From NCBI RefSeq assembly GCF_018350175.1, contig NC_058369.1, positions 13,084,001-13,148,000 of the forward strand: a stretch of DNA of 64,000 nucleotides, read 5' to 3'. The position numbers were made by a program, and so were the translations under genes. This document shows, one piece after another, positions 38,311 through 63,232 of the stretch; position 1 is the stretch's first letter, and each line of letters begins with the position of its first letter. The DNA is from Felis catus (Eukaryota). Below the pieces are notes generated by a model. That model did no database searches, was not told the DNA's origin, and saw only the letters and a program-made list of their open reading frames with translations.

Positions 38311-38853
38311 GGGGAATGATTGGCTGAGTTTGACCCCTGCCCACCCCTCCCCACCCCGGTCACCCAAGCTTGTGCAGACAAAATCCCCCCCCCACCACCC
38401 AGGAGGGAGGGTGGCTCTTCCCTCACCGGGGGCGGCTGCGGGTCCCAGTGACCACAGGGCCACACGCAAGCTCCCCTAGACCCAGCCCCCCTGGAGGGGG
38501 CAAGGGATGAATACGGGGGCTGGGTCTCCTGTGCTCACCCCTGCTCCTGTTTGGACCCGTCCCCCTGTTGGCTCGACCTCCCCGGCCTGCGTCCCACGTG
38601 TGGGTCCTGCCTGCGCAGTGGGGTTCCTGTGTTCAAGCCTTCGGTGGGGTTGTTTGTGTGTTTGGGGCCTTGCGTGGGCTCCGCTGCCCTCCCCCCGCGT
38701 CGGTCCTGCCTGAGGCCTGGGCAGGATGTCCCCCAGCGGGGGCTGGAGGGCTTGCTGTGTCTTTGGCCTGGAATGAATGTCAGAGCCAGGACTTTGCTCT
38801 CGTAGGGACGACTGCTCACTGGGTCAGGTCCTGGATAACTTGCTTATTTTTTT

Positions 38854-38859
38854 ATTAAA
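38854..38859 (+). terminator. Candidate COLGALT1 polyadenylation signal (ATTAAA)
   Basis: ATTAAA after a U-rich run, followed by GT/T-rich sequence, about 1.45 kb after the stop codon. Confidence 0.55.
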
Positions 38860-39507
38860 TGTTCCCGGTTGGTTTTCACATAAATCTGTGTTCTTGGTCC
38901 ACTGCTCCGCTGACCACCAGTGCACAATCACGCTCCCCGCCCCCGCTGCCGGCCCGTGTGGGAGGAAACCAGGTGCCGGAGAGAAACCCACTGGTGGAGT
39001 GAATGCGGGGGAGGGTGTAGTGAGAGCCCCATAAAACTTCCCTGGAAAAGCCCGGGGACAGCTGGCCAAGTGCGCTGTGTCCTGTGGGGTCGACCGCGGG
39101 GTTGCCGCCGCCGACAGATTGAGGAGACAGGCTGCCGTGTTTTGGGGTCTCCGGGAAACTCCTAAGATGAGGATTTGAGTTGTCAGGTGACTCCAGGAAG
39201 CCCCGAGGGGGGTGGGGACGGGAGATGAGGATGCCAGTAAGCACTTGACTCTGGGCAACTGGGGACCTCAGGAGACCACATCAGAGCGGTCCCACCCCAG
39301 GGGCGACGGAGGTGGGGCGTTTATCCACACCCAACCGCCTTTGGGTCTCCTTTGTCCAATACTTAAAGGTCCTCAAGATTCTCAAGCCCTTGGAGCGCGT
39401 GGGCACCTACGCAGGCCTTTTACAAAATAACACAGATGGTGTGTGATCCTTGCGGAAGTAGAATGTAAACATGCGACGAGATTGCACCCAGTTTTTCAGC
39501 AATTGTC

Positions 39508-39718
39508 TTTTTTTTTTTAAGTTTATTATTTTGGGAGAGGGAGAGAACGCGGGCGAGCAGGGGAAGGGCTGAGAGAGGGAGAGAGAGAATCCCAAACAGG
39601 CCCCCGCACTGTCCGCAGCGGAGCCCGACGAAGGGCTCGATCTCACGCACTGTAAGATCACGACCAGAGCCAAAGTCGAGAGTTGGAGGCCCAACCGACT
39701 GAGCCACCCAGGTGCCCC
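39508..39718 (-). mobile_element. CAN-SINE
   Basis: Antisense, diverged. Confidence 0.9.
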
Positions 39719-40151
39719 TCGGCAATTTCCTTTTGAAATGTCACAACATACCGTGGACACTCTGATCAGTGCAGACGTCTACCAGTTCTCTTCCGGGTCG
39801 TCACATACAAAGTTCCGCGATGGTGACGGACCGTGCACTCGGCCGGTCCAGCCCAAGAGCGTCCCGGCCCCACTGAGAGCGGTGTTGCAGGACGCATCTT
39901 CCTGCTGGAGCTCCTACTTCAGTTGGGTGAGTCGATACAGGTGAAAATGCTGGAAGGATGGGTGTGTGTGTTTCCTCGTGCGGCTGCCGTATTTACTCTT
40001 CTCGTCGTTAAGTCCTGACCGTTCCCCGTGTGTTTTTTCGGAGGCGGGTGATGCGAGTGTATTAATCGATCCCCTCTCGTGGAACCTCGGAGTCACTTCT
40101 CCGGTGTTCCGGTTCCTCGGGGTGTTTCTAAATCTTACTTTCAGATCCACC

Positions 40152-40345
40152 CAGTGGAACTCAACTGGGTGTTTTTGTTCCTCGGGGACCTCTGGTGATG
40201 TCTGGGGACGTCTCTGGTGGTTACGACCAGGGGGTGGGGGCTGCTACTGGCATCTGGTGGGTAGAAACCAGGGACGCCACTGAACGTCCTACAATGCACA
40301 GGGCGCACCACGAGAAAGACTGCTTTGGCCCCAAAAGTCCACATC
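40152..40345 (+). mobile_element. MER20
   Basis: tgctactggcatctggtgggtagaaaccagggacgcc...tcctacaatgcacagg. Confidence 0.85.
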
Positions 40346-40631
40346 CTGCACCATTCCATTCAGCATCTTGGGGACAGGAGTCTCTAGAAGGGTCTTTTTG
40401 TGTGTGTGTGTGGCATGAAGGGAGGTTTCCTTTGCTTTGAAATTTCTCTGGTTAAAACATAGATTCTCAGGCTCTGCCGCCGGATTGAAAGGGTTAGAAG
40501 CTTAGAGGTGGCGCCTGGGAACCCCCATTTTATCTTGAATAAAATCTCCAGGAGAATCCTATCCTTCCTTCCGAAATATGTATATTTCCACGTTCCCACA
40601 GATAGTGCGTATATATCAGAAGGTACATTCA

Positions 40632-41045
40632 GGGGCGCCCGGGTGGCTCAGTCGGTTAAGGTTCTGACTTCGGCTCAGGTCCTGATCTTGCGGGTTCGAG
40701 CCCTGCATTGGGCTCTCTGCTCTCAGCAGTGGAGCCCGCTTTGGATCCTCTGTCCCACCCCCCTCTCTGCCCACTCCCTGCTCTCTCTCTCTCTCTCAAA
40801 AATGAATAGAAATTAAAAAAAAAGAAGTGAGGGGCGCCTGGGTGGCTCAGTCGATTGAGCGACCGACTTCAGCTCAGGCCACGATCTCACGGTTTGCGAG
40901 TTCGAGCCCCGTGTCGCGTTCTGTGCTGACAGCTCAGAGCCTGGAGCCTGCTTCGGAGTCTGTGTCTCCCTCTCTCTGCCCCTCTCCCACTCAGGCTCTG
41001 TCTCTGTCTCAGAAATGAATAAACATTAAGAAAAAATTTTTAAAA
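40632..41045 (+). mobile_element. Two tandem CAN-SINEs (40632-40826 and 40831-41045), the second inserted in the tail of the first
   Basis: Two heads; aaaagaagt duplicated around the second copy. Confidence 0.92.
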
Positions 41046-41059
41046 GAAGTTATATTCAG

Positions 41060-41520
41060 AAGTCTGGAATCCGTTTCGCTTGAGGACAGTCAAGATGTCA
41101 GAAGGCTCGCTTCCTTCTGGAGGATTTAGGGGAGAATCCAAGTCCTTGTTTATTCCAGCTTCTGGAGATCGCGGGCGTTCCTTGGCTCACAGCCACTTCC
41201 TGTATCACATCTCCTACTCCTTCCTCTGACCTTCTTCCATCCCTCTTGCAGGGAGCCTTGTGATTGCCTTTAGGGCCCACTTGGATAATCCAGGAGAATC
41301 TCCCACCGTCTCAAGGTCCTTAATTACGTCTACAACGTTCCTTTTGCCCTGTACGTGCATCCTTGTGCAGGGGCCGTGCTAATCTTCTCTGTATCATTCC
41401 AATTTTAGGATACGGGCTGCCACAGAGAACGCTCTTCTTACCATTTGAAATACCATTCACACTTTCTGGGCAGTAGGACGTGGGTATCTTTGGTACAGGA
41501 CACTATTCAGTCCTCCACAT
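41060..41520. mobile_element. MLT1-family LTR interrupted by the U6 pseudogene
   Basis: ttccttctggagg...ggggagaatcc...ttccagcttctggag...gggcccacttggataatccagga. Confidence 0.8.
41354..41432 (-). pseudogene. U6 snRNA pseudogene, 3'-truncated and diverged
   Basis: Reverse complement reads GGCAGCCCGTATCCTAAAATTGGAATGATACAGAGAAGATTAGCACGGCCCCTGCACAAGGATG, matching roughly U6 nt 1-80 including the ACAGAGA box. Confidence 0.9.
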
Positions 41521-41634
41521 TCCCCTGTAGCTCGCTGTAATTGCGGCTGGGTCTGTGGATGTATCATCACTTATTATGTATCAAAAATGTAGCATATCAG
41601 TCAGGATTAAGGGTGGGAAACAAATTAAGAGGTC

Positions 41635-42202
41635 TTTTTTTTTTTTTTAAAGTCAATTATATGCTCAGTGTGGGGCTTGAACTCATGGCCCCAAGATCAA
41701 GAGTCCCATGCTGTACTGACTGAGCCAGACAGGCGCCCTGAAAAACCAGTTGAAGTCTTAAAAAAATTTTTTTTTAATGTTTATTTATTTATTTTACATT
41801 TATTTATTTTTGAGACAGAGAGAGATAGAGCATGAACAGGGGAGGGGCAGAGAGAGAGAGGGAGACACAGAATCCGAAACAGGCTCCAGGCTCCGAGCTG
41901 CCAGCACAGAGCCCGACGCGGGGCTCGAACTCACGGACCGCGAGATCACGACCTGAGCCAAAGTCAGACGCTTAACTGACCAAGCCACCCAGGCGCCCCG
42001 ATGTTTATTTATTTTTGAGAGAGGGACAGAGAGCGAGGGAGGCGGGGGGGCGGGTGGCAGGAACAGAGAGGGAGACACAGAATCCAAAACGGGCTCCAGG
42101 CTACGAGCTGGCAGCACAGAGCCCGACGCGGGGCTCGAACTCACGGACCGCGAGATCATGACCGGAGCTGAAGTCGGACGCTTAACCGACTGCGCCGCCC
42201 AG
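41635..42202 (-). mobile_element. Three antisense CAN-SINEs (short 41635-41738; about 41790-41999 nested in the tail of 42001-42202)
   Basis: Repeated SINE bodies; atgtttatttatt duplicated at 41777 and 42001. Confidence 0.9.
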
Positions 42203-42234
42203 TCTTTTAACAGAAAGGGTTTAACACAGGAAAC

Positions 42235-42410
42235 TGCAGCTGTAGCCTGAAAGCAGCCGCAGGCTGCGCCGAATGAGTAAATGGATGGGCGTGGCCATGT
42301 GCTAATAAAACTTTATTTACAGAAACAGGCAGTGGGCTGGATTTGGCGGCGGCGGGGGGCGGGGGGGGGGGTGGGGTGGGGGTGGGGGTGGGGATAGTTT
42401 GCCAACTCTT
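42235..42410 (-). mobile_element. MER58A-like fragment
   Basis: gtaaatggatgggcgtggccatgtgctaataaaactttatttacagaaacaggcagtgggctggatttgg. Confidence 0.75.
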
Positions 42411-43404
42411 GGTGCCCAGAAGCGGGACCAGGACTGGGCCTACAGGAATGATCCTGCAGAACTTGCTCACCAGGGAAACCGAAGCGCCTGGAAATCAAGG
42501 CAGAGAGTCAGGCGGGCCTTGAAACCTCCCACGCTGGGCACACACCCTGTATCTGTGATCCAGAAATAGAATGCCGCCTTTGCCTCGGCCACAACTGCTT
42601 TCCGACGCCCTCCAAGCCTGTCACCGGACAAGGGGATGCACCTTCCAGAACAGCAGGTGTTTCCGTGCCTGGCAGCTGGCAGAGCGAAGGGGAAGCAAAA
42701 AGCAAGACAGCTCTGGGTCTCTCCTGGCCTTCCAGACTCCCCCAGGCATCTGCGTCGGTGGACCTGAGCACGCGCCCAGCTGCGGGGAAAGTCCGTGAGC
42801 GCGGCGACAGCTCGGCAGCCTCCGCCTGGAAAGGGGCTGGATCGGGGCGGGTTCTGATGTCAACCCACCACGTCCTCCTCGTTTACCGCTGTACGTTACG
42901 GCGATGGTAAGAATGATTGGGTAATTGTAGGATGCATAATCATGGAGCCTATTATATGTAATTGCAGGATTAGGAACAGAGTAATTATCACGCAGTGTAA
43001 TAAATTATGTAATGAAATGGAATCGTACGTGGATCATGAATCACATAATTGGATTACACCCTCCGGGAACCTGGTTATCTTACTTACGTTCCCTGGATGG
43101 TCCCGGCAGGTTGGCAGGTGGAGTGATGAGAGGGTGTGGGTAAACAGGGTGGGATTAGGGTAGATTAAGGGGGGTTGGGGGCAGAGCAGGAGGACAGGGT
43201 GAGGTTGGGGCTGGGGCTTCAGGTGACAGGGGCGGGCGGGCTGAACCTGGGGATGGTTGCTGAAGTTTAGCCCAAGGCTAGGAGAGGTGAGAAGCAGGAG
43301 GGGAAGTCGAATAATGGATTAATTAGGTCAGAGGTTGGCAAACCATGGCCCAGGGGCCCCAATCTGCCCAGCTGCCTGTTTTTCTTCTTAGTGTTAAAAA
43401 TTGA

Positions 43405-43620
43405 GGGACGCCTGGGTGGCTCAGTCCGTTGAGCGGCCGACTTCGGCTCAGGTCATGATCTCACGGTTCGTGAGTTCGAGCCCCGCGTCGGGCTCTGTGC
43501 TGACAGCTCGGAGCCCGGAGCCTGCTTCGGATTCTCTGTCTCGGCCCCTCCCCTGCTCACACTCTGTCTCTCTCCCTCTCTCAAAAATAAATAAACATCA
43601 AAAAAGTAAAAATAATAAAA
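43405..43620 (+). mobile_element. CAN-SINE
   Basis: TSD taaaaattgag. Confidence 0.95.
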
Positions 43621-44520
43621 ATTGAGATGAAACTCAGCATAAACTTAGCCGGGCGAAAGCGTACAACCCCGTGGCATTTAGCACGTTCCCAATGTCGTGC
43701 AGCCATCACCACCATCTGCCTCCAGAACTTCTCTATCTTCCCAAACTGGAACTCTGTCCCCGTTAAAGACGAACCCCCCCCATCTCCCTCCCCCAGCCCC
43801 TGGCACCCCCCCCCCCATTCTACTTTCTGTCTCTACAGATTCGGCTACTCGAGGGACCTTCTGTAAGTGGGATCATATTTATTTGTCCTTTTGTGACTGG
43901 CTTGTTTCACCCAGCATAGTGTCCTCAAGGCTCATCCATGTCGTAGCCTGGGTCAGGCTTTCCTTCCTTCTTAAGGCTGAAGAATATTCCAGAACGTGGA
44001 TAGACCGCGGTTTGCTCATCCATCCATCTCTTTTTTTTTTTTTTTGGGACAGAGAGAGACAGAGCATGAACGGGGGAGGGGCAGAGAGAGAGGGAGACAC
44101 AGAATCGGAAACAGGCGCCAGGCTCTGAGCCATCAGCCCAGAGCCTGACGCGGGGCTCGAACTCACAGACCGCGAGATCGTGACCTGGCTGAAGTCGGAC
44201 GCTTAACCGACTGCGCCACCCAGGCGCCCCCCATTCATCTCTTGATGGACATGCTGGGTTGCTTCCACGTTTTAGCTCTTGTCACCCATACTGCTGTGAA
44301 CACGGGTGTACAAATATCTCTTCAAGACCCTGCTTTCAGTTCTTCGGGGAATGTTCCCAGAAGCGGAATTCCTGGCTCACCCGGGAATTGTATTTTTCAG
44401 CATTTTAGGGCCCTCCCGACCGTCTTGCACAGGGACTTGCACCGTCTTCCATTCTCACCAGCAGGGCACCCAGGTGCCAACTTCCCCACGCCCTCATCAA
44501 CACTTGCTGTTTTATTTTTT
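43621..44520 (-). mobile_element. Old L1MB-like 3' fragment carrying a CAN-SINE at 44030-44231
   Basis: cagccatcaccaccatc...cccaaactggaactctg...tttgtccttttgtgactggctt...ctgctgtgaacacgggtgtacaaatatct. Confidence 0.8.
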
Positions 44521-44534
44521 TTTATGTGTGTGTG

Positions 44535-44746
44535 TTTTTTTTTAACGTTTTATTCATTTTTTTGAGAGAGCGCGAGCAGGGGAGGGGCAGAGAGAGAAGG
44601 AGACGCAGAATCCGCAGAATCCGAAGCAGGCTCCAGGCCCTGAGCTGTCAGCACAGAGCCTGACGCGGGGCTCGAACCCACAAACTGCCAGATCACGACC
44701 TCAGCTGAAGTCGGAGGCTTAACAGACTGAGCCACCCCGGCGCCCC
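44535..44746 (-). mobile_element. CAN-SINE
   Basis: Antisense. Confidence 0.92.
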
Positions 44747-45802
44747 AAGACTGGGTTTTTCTCAGTCAACATCACGCTAACACTTATTCCCGTCCTTGGT
44801 CGGGGGGAAAAGCCTCCTGCAGAGAGAAGGGCAGGGGTGAGCCGGCCCCTCGCCCACAGGTATGGCCTTGGCTACAAGACTCGGTCGATCCCGAGCCAGC
44901 CCCTTCGGTTCCCACAGCACAAGCAGCAACGTGAGCCCCTCCCCCCCGCCCCGCCCCCGCTCCCAAGCCTCGAGGGTGACACGATGGACCCCACGTGCTG
45001 AGGGACACGGGGCCAAGGGCTGTAGCGAGCTGCCAGCAAGCCAGCCCCCTCTGTCAGGGAGCGAGCGAGCGAGCAGTTACGCAGAAGACACGCTGTGTAG
45101 ACCGTGCGCCCAGCTACGGAAACTGCCGGGTGTCAGGGGGGAGGAGAGAAGCTTTGCAGCCTGGCGCAGTCAGCAAAGACCTGCAGGGGCCCCGGTGGCC
45201 TGCGTCTTCTGACACGACGCAGACAGTTCTGGCTTGGCCATTTTCACTGCTGTCTAATACTCCCCCGTGTGAACCCCACCCCCACCCCCTCCAAGGCTGC
45301 TTCCGGCCTTCCGGCCCAAGTGCAAGGCTCCCTGAGGGCGTACTCGGAGGAGAGCCTCAGGCCTAGCTAACGCTGCTGCGGGTCCTGCTTTTAGCTTTTT
45401 CTGTTCCTGGTAGCTCAGAGCACTCAGGGAAACCCGCTCCCGGTGGCCGAGCTCAGGGCCCCTGCCCTGGCCACTCAAATGCGGAAGCCACCCCAGATCT
45501 TAAGAGCGGGATCCTCAAATTCACCCAGGAAACCCTGAGCTGGGTGAGGTTCCGTTTCTGCCCCCTGGTGGGATGGGGGCTCAAAACAGAAATTAAAAGG
45601 AGCTGCAGAAAAAGGAGTGTTTGTTCTCTGCATATGCGAGTTTATGAAATGAGATTCTTACCTGCTACGTTCGAAAAAACAACAGACAACAGACGGGGCT
45701 GTAGGTTGAAGATGAGTGTGTCCCAACTTGCTTGAGCTAAGAGCGACAGCTACCGCATGAATGTCCTCGGTTCAGATCCCGGATCTTTCCTTCTCTGCAG
45801 TA

Positions 45803-46038
45803 TTTTTTTTTTTAAGTTAGCCCCCCCCCCTTTTTTTTAACGCATATTCATTTTTCAGAGAGAGAGCGCAAGCAGGGGAGAGGCAGAGAGAGAGAGGGAG
45901 ACCCAGAATCCGAAGCAGGCTCCAGGCTCTGAGCTGTCGGGCACAGAGCCCGATGCGGGGCTCGAACCCACGAACCGCGAGCTCATGACCTGAGCCGAAG
46001 TCGGACGCTTAACCCACTGAGTCCCCCCAGGCGCCCCC
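45803..46038 (-). mobile_element. CAN-SINE
   Basis: Antisense; ttctctgca duplicated on both sides. Confidence 0.92.
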
Positions 46039-46207
46039 TTTTCTCTGCAATATCTTGAGTTGCGTTCGTGGGTGGGAAGTGTGTTCAACAGCGTGTGTGT
46101 GTGTGTGTGTGTGTGTGTTAAGTGCTAGGCTGTTTTTGTTGTTTTTGCTGATTCGGGAGCGAAAGGAAGCCACCACACGTCTGAGGCTTTTCGTTTTTTC
46201 TATTTTT

Positions 46208-46213
46208 TTTAAT
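46208..46213 (-). terminator. Candidate distal UNC13A polyadenylation signal (ATTAAA on the minus strand)
   Basis: Lies at the end of a 4.3-kb stretch after the stop codon with no CAN-SINE, in an AU-rich block; SINEs resume just beyond it. Confidence 0.45.
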
Positions 46214-48079
46214 GTCTGCTGTTAATAAAATATTTTTACAGAGACCAAAAAGTCAGAATAGTGCAAAACATCTCAACACCATGCATTCATGACCGTTCTC
46301 GTTGGGTTTTAAATGTTTGTTCCAAGTCACGTATTTACAGAGAGATGGGGGCATCTGTGCCGACGCCAGACCAACGGGATGGAATTAAAACAAACGAACG
46401 AACAAACAGCATTTTGATTTCACATTTGCAATCACATGCTAAGAGAAGGTGTGTGGAGGAATGAACCCCCCTGGACTGCGTGGCCGGGTCTGGGGGGAGG
46501 GGGGGTGGTCTCAGGGTGCCGGGGTCAGGAGTGAAGCGTGAGTCCCCCTGGCCGTGTGGCCTGGGATGCGCAGGGGACCCTCCGCCTGTGACCTGGGTCT
46601 CGAGAGAGCCACCGCGGTTAGGCAGGGGTTGGGGAAGGGGGAGGTCTTACTCGACACCGTCAACTTGATTTCTCTCTTTAAAAAAATAAAAGGCAAAGAG
46701 AAAAGCAACACGTGTCAGCGAAGACGACTTTGGTCCTTGACGATTCTTAGGAAAGGATGTTCAGGGGGCAGGCGGTGTCGCGATACGAACCCGAACCCCC
46801 AGCGAGCTCCCCTCCCTCTCCACCGGGGCAGCAGAGTGTGGGGCGACTCTGGGCTGTCCCTGCTCTGCCCCGCCCCTCAGTGTCCCCATCTGCAAAACGA
46901 ACAGCACAGGGTGTGGGGGACAGAAAGGTCTCTGAGGTCCCAAAGATTTCTAGTTGGGTGTTAAGTTTTTTGCATCTCTGATGGGGTCACGGTGAGGTGT
47001 CAGGCTCTGGAGCCTGAGAGGGATTGCGGGTCAAGGCCAGGCACCTGCTCGTGTAACATAAATCCTTCCAGGCTGGACCGGGGAGAGCCAGAGAGACCGG
47101 TGGGTTCCTCTTCCTTCTAGATCCCTGATTTCCCTTTCTCCCCATCTCCGAGTCTCTCTCTCTCCATCTCAAGGTCTCTCTGTGTCCTCTTACCTTCTCT
47201 CTCTCTCCTTCCCTCCTCTTCTCTGTGTCCTTACTCTGGGACACTGTCCCTCTTGTGGGGGAGGGGTGGATGGGGAGAGGGGATCGGCTCTGTCCGAGAT
47301 ACAATGTCGCACTCCCCCTACCCGACTAGGGGCCAGCCCTACTCCACCCTTTCCCTGACCCCCGGAAATCTAGGGCCAGATCGTGGCGTGAAATGGGTCC
47401 GAATACAACCCCTCAGACCCCACCAGGCTCAGAACTTCGGGCCACCCCAGGTGAGGTGGTGAGTGGCCTTGGGGAAAACCCTGCTCCTCTCTGAGCCTTG
47501 TTCCAATACAGGAACTTCCTAGTTCCAGAGGCTTCGGGCCTCCTAGACTCCTTTCCTTTCCTCTCTCCTCCTCGTCTGCTCTCGTCCTCTCTGCCCCGTG
47601 TGTCCTGCGCCCCAGTCACAGGCTGGCTGGAACGCCTTCTGTGTGCCCAGGTCTATGTGGGAGGGGAAGGTTGGTATGGCCAGACATGGATAGACACGCA
47701 GGCGGACCCTCCACCCCAAGACCGTTCAACTAGGCATACCCTTCCGTCATCCCCCTGTACCCGGTCTGTGCTGGGTGAACTTGGGGCTGTCAAGAGGCCT
47801 CAGACCCCAGTCCGGGGGGCAACAGGGCCTGTCCCATGACATCAGGGACAGAGGGGTGGGGACGGGGGCTGGGGAAGTCCTGAGGAGGAGCAGGGAGGGT
47901 TTTCTACAGGACAGGATATTGGGGATGAGTCTTGAGGGATAAATAGGAGTCCCCTGGGGGAAAGAAGAGGGAGGAAATTTCTAAAACAGCTCTAGCCTGG
48001 GAGTCAGGGGGAAAAAAAAATCATTCAACAAATACTCCCTAAAGCTCCCTCCATGTGCCTGGGCTGGTGCTGGGGAACT

Positions 48080-48081
<2 letters not shown>

Positions 48082-48116
<35 letters not shown>

Positions 48117-48150
48117 GGTGCGCGCGCTCATACATACACGCACACACACG
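48082..48150. repeat. (CA)n microsatellite in the UNC13A 3'UTR (UG on the mRNA)
   Basis: Directly visible. Confidence 0.9.
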
Positions 48151-50379
48151 CAGGCCTTGACCAGAGACTCCCAAGGATCTTTTGGGAAATAAGTTGGCTC
48201 GCTCAGGCAGAAGCTCAGCTCCCCCTTTTCTTGCTGGTCACCCATAAATCCCGCAGGGCTCACCCCAAGTCACGTTACCTCCCCTTTGGCTGTTGGCTGG
48301 TGTTCTCAATCCACCTCACTCCCACCCCCCTACCCCCGTGGCCAAAATTTAAAATCTGCCCCTCAGTCCATGTGACAGAGATTCTCAGCTCCCCCCTTGC
48401 CACCTCCCAGCCTGCCCCTGGCCCCTGCCCCTCCCCCGCTGTCCTGTATGAGAACCTGCACCTCAACCTCTGGTTCAGAACCTTCAGTCACCCACAGCTG
48501 CCGAAACTCAGGGGACATATGCAGCACCTCCAGGTAACGCAGGACATGGTGCCACTTCTCCCAGACTTGTCCACGTGCCGGGAAACCGTCAGTATAAACA
48601 CACAACTCCCAGCACCTAGGATTTGCACATGGCCTCCTTAGAAATGCCAGACCCTTGGCCAGTGCACAGCAGGAACAACTGTACCCATCGGCCCTGGGCT
48701 CGTCTAAGGGGTGGGTTTTTGTTTTTTCCTTTTTTACTCTAGCTCCCAAAATCTTTCCAGGAATTAATTTCAGTATCCCGAAAGCACTCTCTCTCTCCCC
48801 CACGCTGCATCGGTCCATTCTCCATGAGGTAGCCAGAGGGAGCTTCTGACGCCTGAAATCCAGACTGTTCTCAGCTTTAAGATCTCCTGGGGCTCCCCAA
48901 ATCTCTTCGGGTAAAATCAGAACTCCCCAGAGCAGCATACAAGGCCCTGCCCGGTCTGATATCCCTGCAGGTCTCCCCGACATCAGCACCTTCTCCCTGT
49001 GGTCCCCCTCGCCAGCCACAGTGACCTCGCTGCGCTTCAAACCTGCCCACCTCAGCCTCCGCACCTACGGTTCCCTCTGGTGCTTGGTCAATCTGGCAGG
49101 AAAAGCAAACGGCCCATAAGCACCCGTCCAACATGGTAAAGCAGATTCTGGGCAAAGACAAGCCGTGACAACCTTTACCAAAAGATTCTGTCTCCGTGAG
49201 CTAAAATGGGGGAAACTTGACTCTGGCCAGATTGCCCCAGCAACGCCTGCTGGAGGAAGAGCTTCAGGCAGGTGGAGGCCCCTCCTGGGGGTATCCTGCG
49301 GCACGGTGCCTGAATGAATGAATGAGATTTTGGAGACTAAGCTCCGAGCATGTTGGTATATTTACACACACACACGTATATACACACACCTAGAGTTCCT
49401 GGTCTCTTTCTCGCCTGCCTGGAGAATTCTGGGAGAGGAAGAAGGGGTTGGGGGTGGGGGGCGGTGCCTGGGTCCAGGGAGTCCCAAACCCTCACTCTTT
49501 CTTGGTGGGAGGTCAAGAGTTCTCAGGGAATCTTCCCATAGGGTCCCAGGGGAAGGGCTGAGGGCTGGGGGTCTTGCTTGGCAGCCAGCCGTGGGAGGGG
49601 GCAGTGGGGGCCTTGGCCCAGAACCCCCATCCCTTGTAAGGAATGGGGGAGGTCCCCTGAGGAGGGGTTAGCAGCAATGGGGAGCTGTGTCGGGTCATCC
49701 GATTTCAGCCCACCCTTAGATGGGGCACACAGGCCAAAGGGAGTGGGGAGAAGGTGTGGCACTGGGACCTTCAGCAAAGTCTCGAGCGGCTCTCTGGGCC
49801 GCAGTTCTGCCATCTGTTAAACGGGTGGGTTAAACTCTATGCTATGAGGATGGGTATGTTGGGGGAAAAGGAGAGGCAAACCCCCATGGGGAAGTGGGGG
49901 CAGTGCGGGTGCTTCAGAGCCGTCCACGTGGCCCCCAGGGTTTGGGCGCCCGAGGGCGCATGTGCTTTTGAAATCCCATCCTCCCCTCCCTCCCTGTTTA
50001 TTTTTTGCACAAACATGAAAAGACACTCTGGTCCAACCTGGGCCCTCCAACCAGCTTTCTAGTGCCTCCACCCCCTAGACCACCCCAGGGGGCGCTCTAG
50101 GAAGCCCTGCCCCTTGCCCAGGGCCCGCCCCTCCAGGGAGCTGAGAGTTCCATACTTGGCAATTGGTCTTGGGCCCCAGGATTTGGGGACCCATCTTATG
50201 GCTTTTCCAGGGGACAGGAGGCAGGGTCTCCCCGTACCAGAGCCCCAGGACCTGGCCTCCTCCACAGGGGGGCAGGACTCCCTCCCATCCCAGCTCGAAA
50301 GGTCCCCTAGGCGCTGGGGACTTGGCTTCTAGTAGGGGATGTGGCTTCTTCCTTCATCGCGCCCTAGGGCGTGGCTGCT

Positions 50380-63232
<12,853 letters not shown>

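Noticed and set aside
41354..41432. Functional U6 snRNA gene
   Set aside because: The 3' quarter is missing, there are multiple substitutions, no upstream Pol III elements are visible, and it sits inside an LTR relic.
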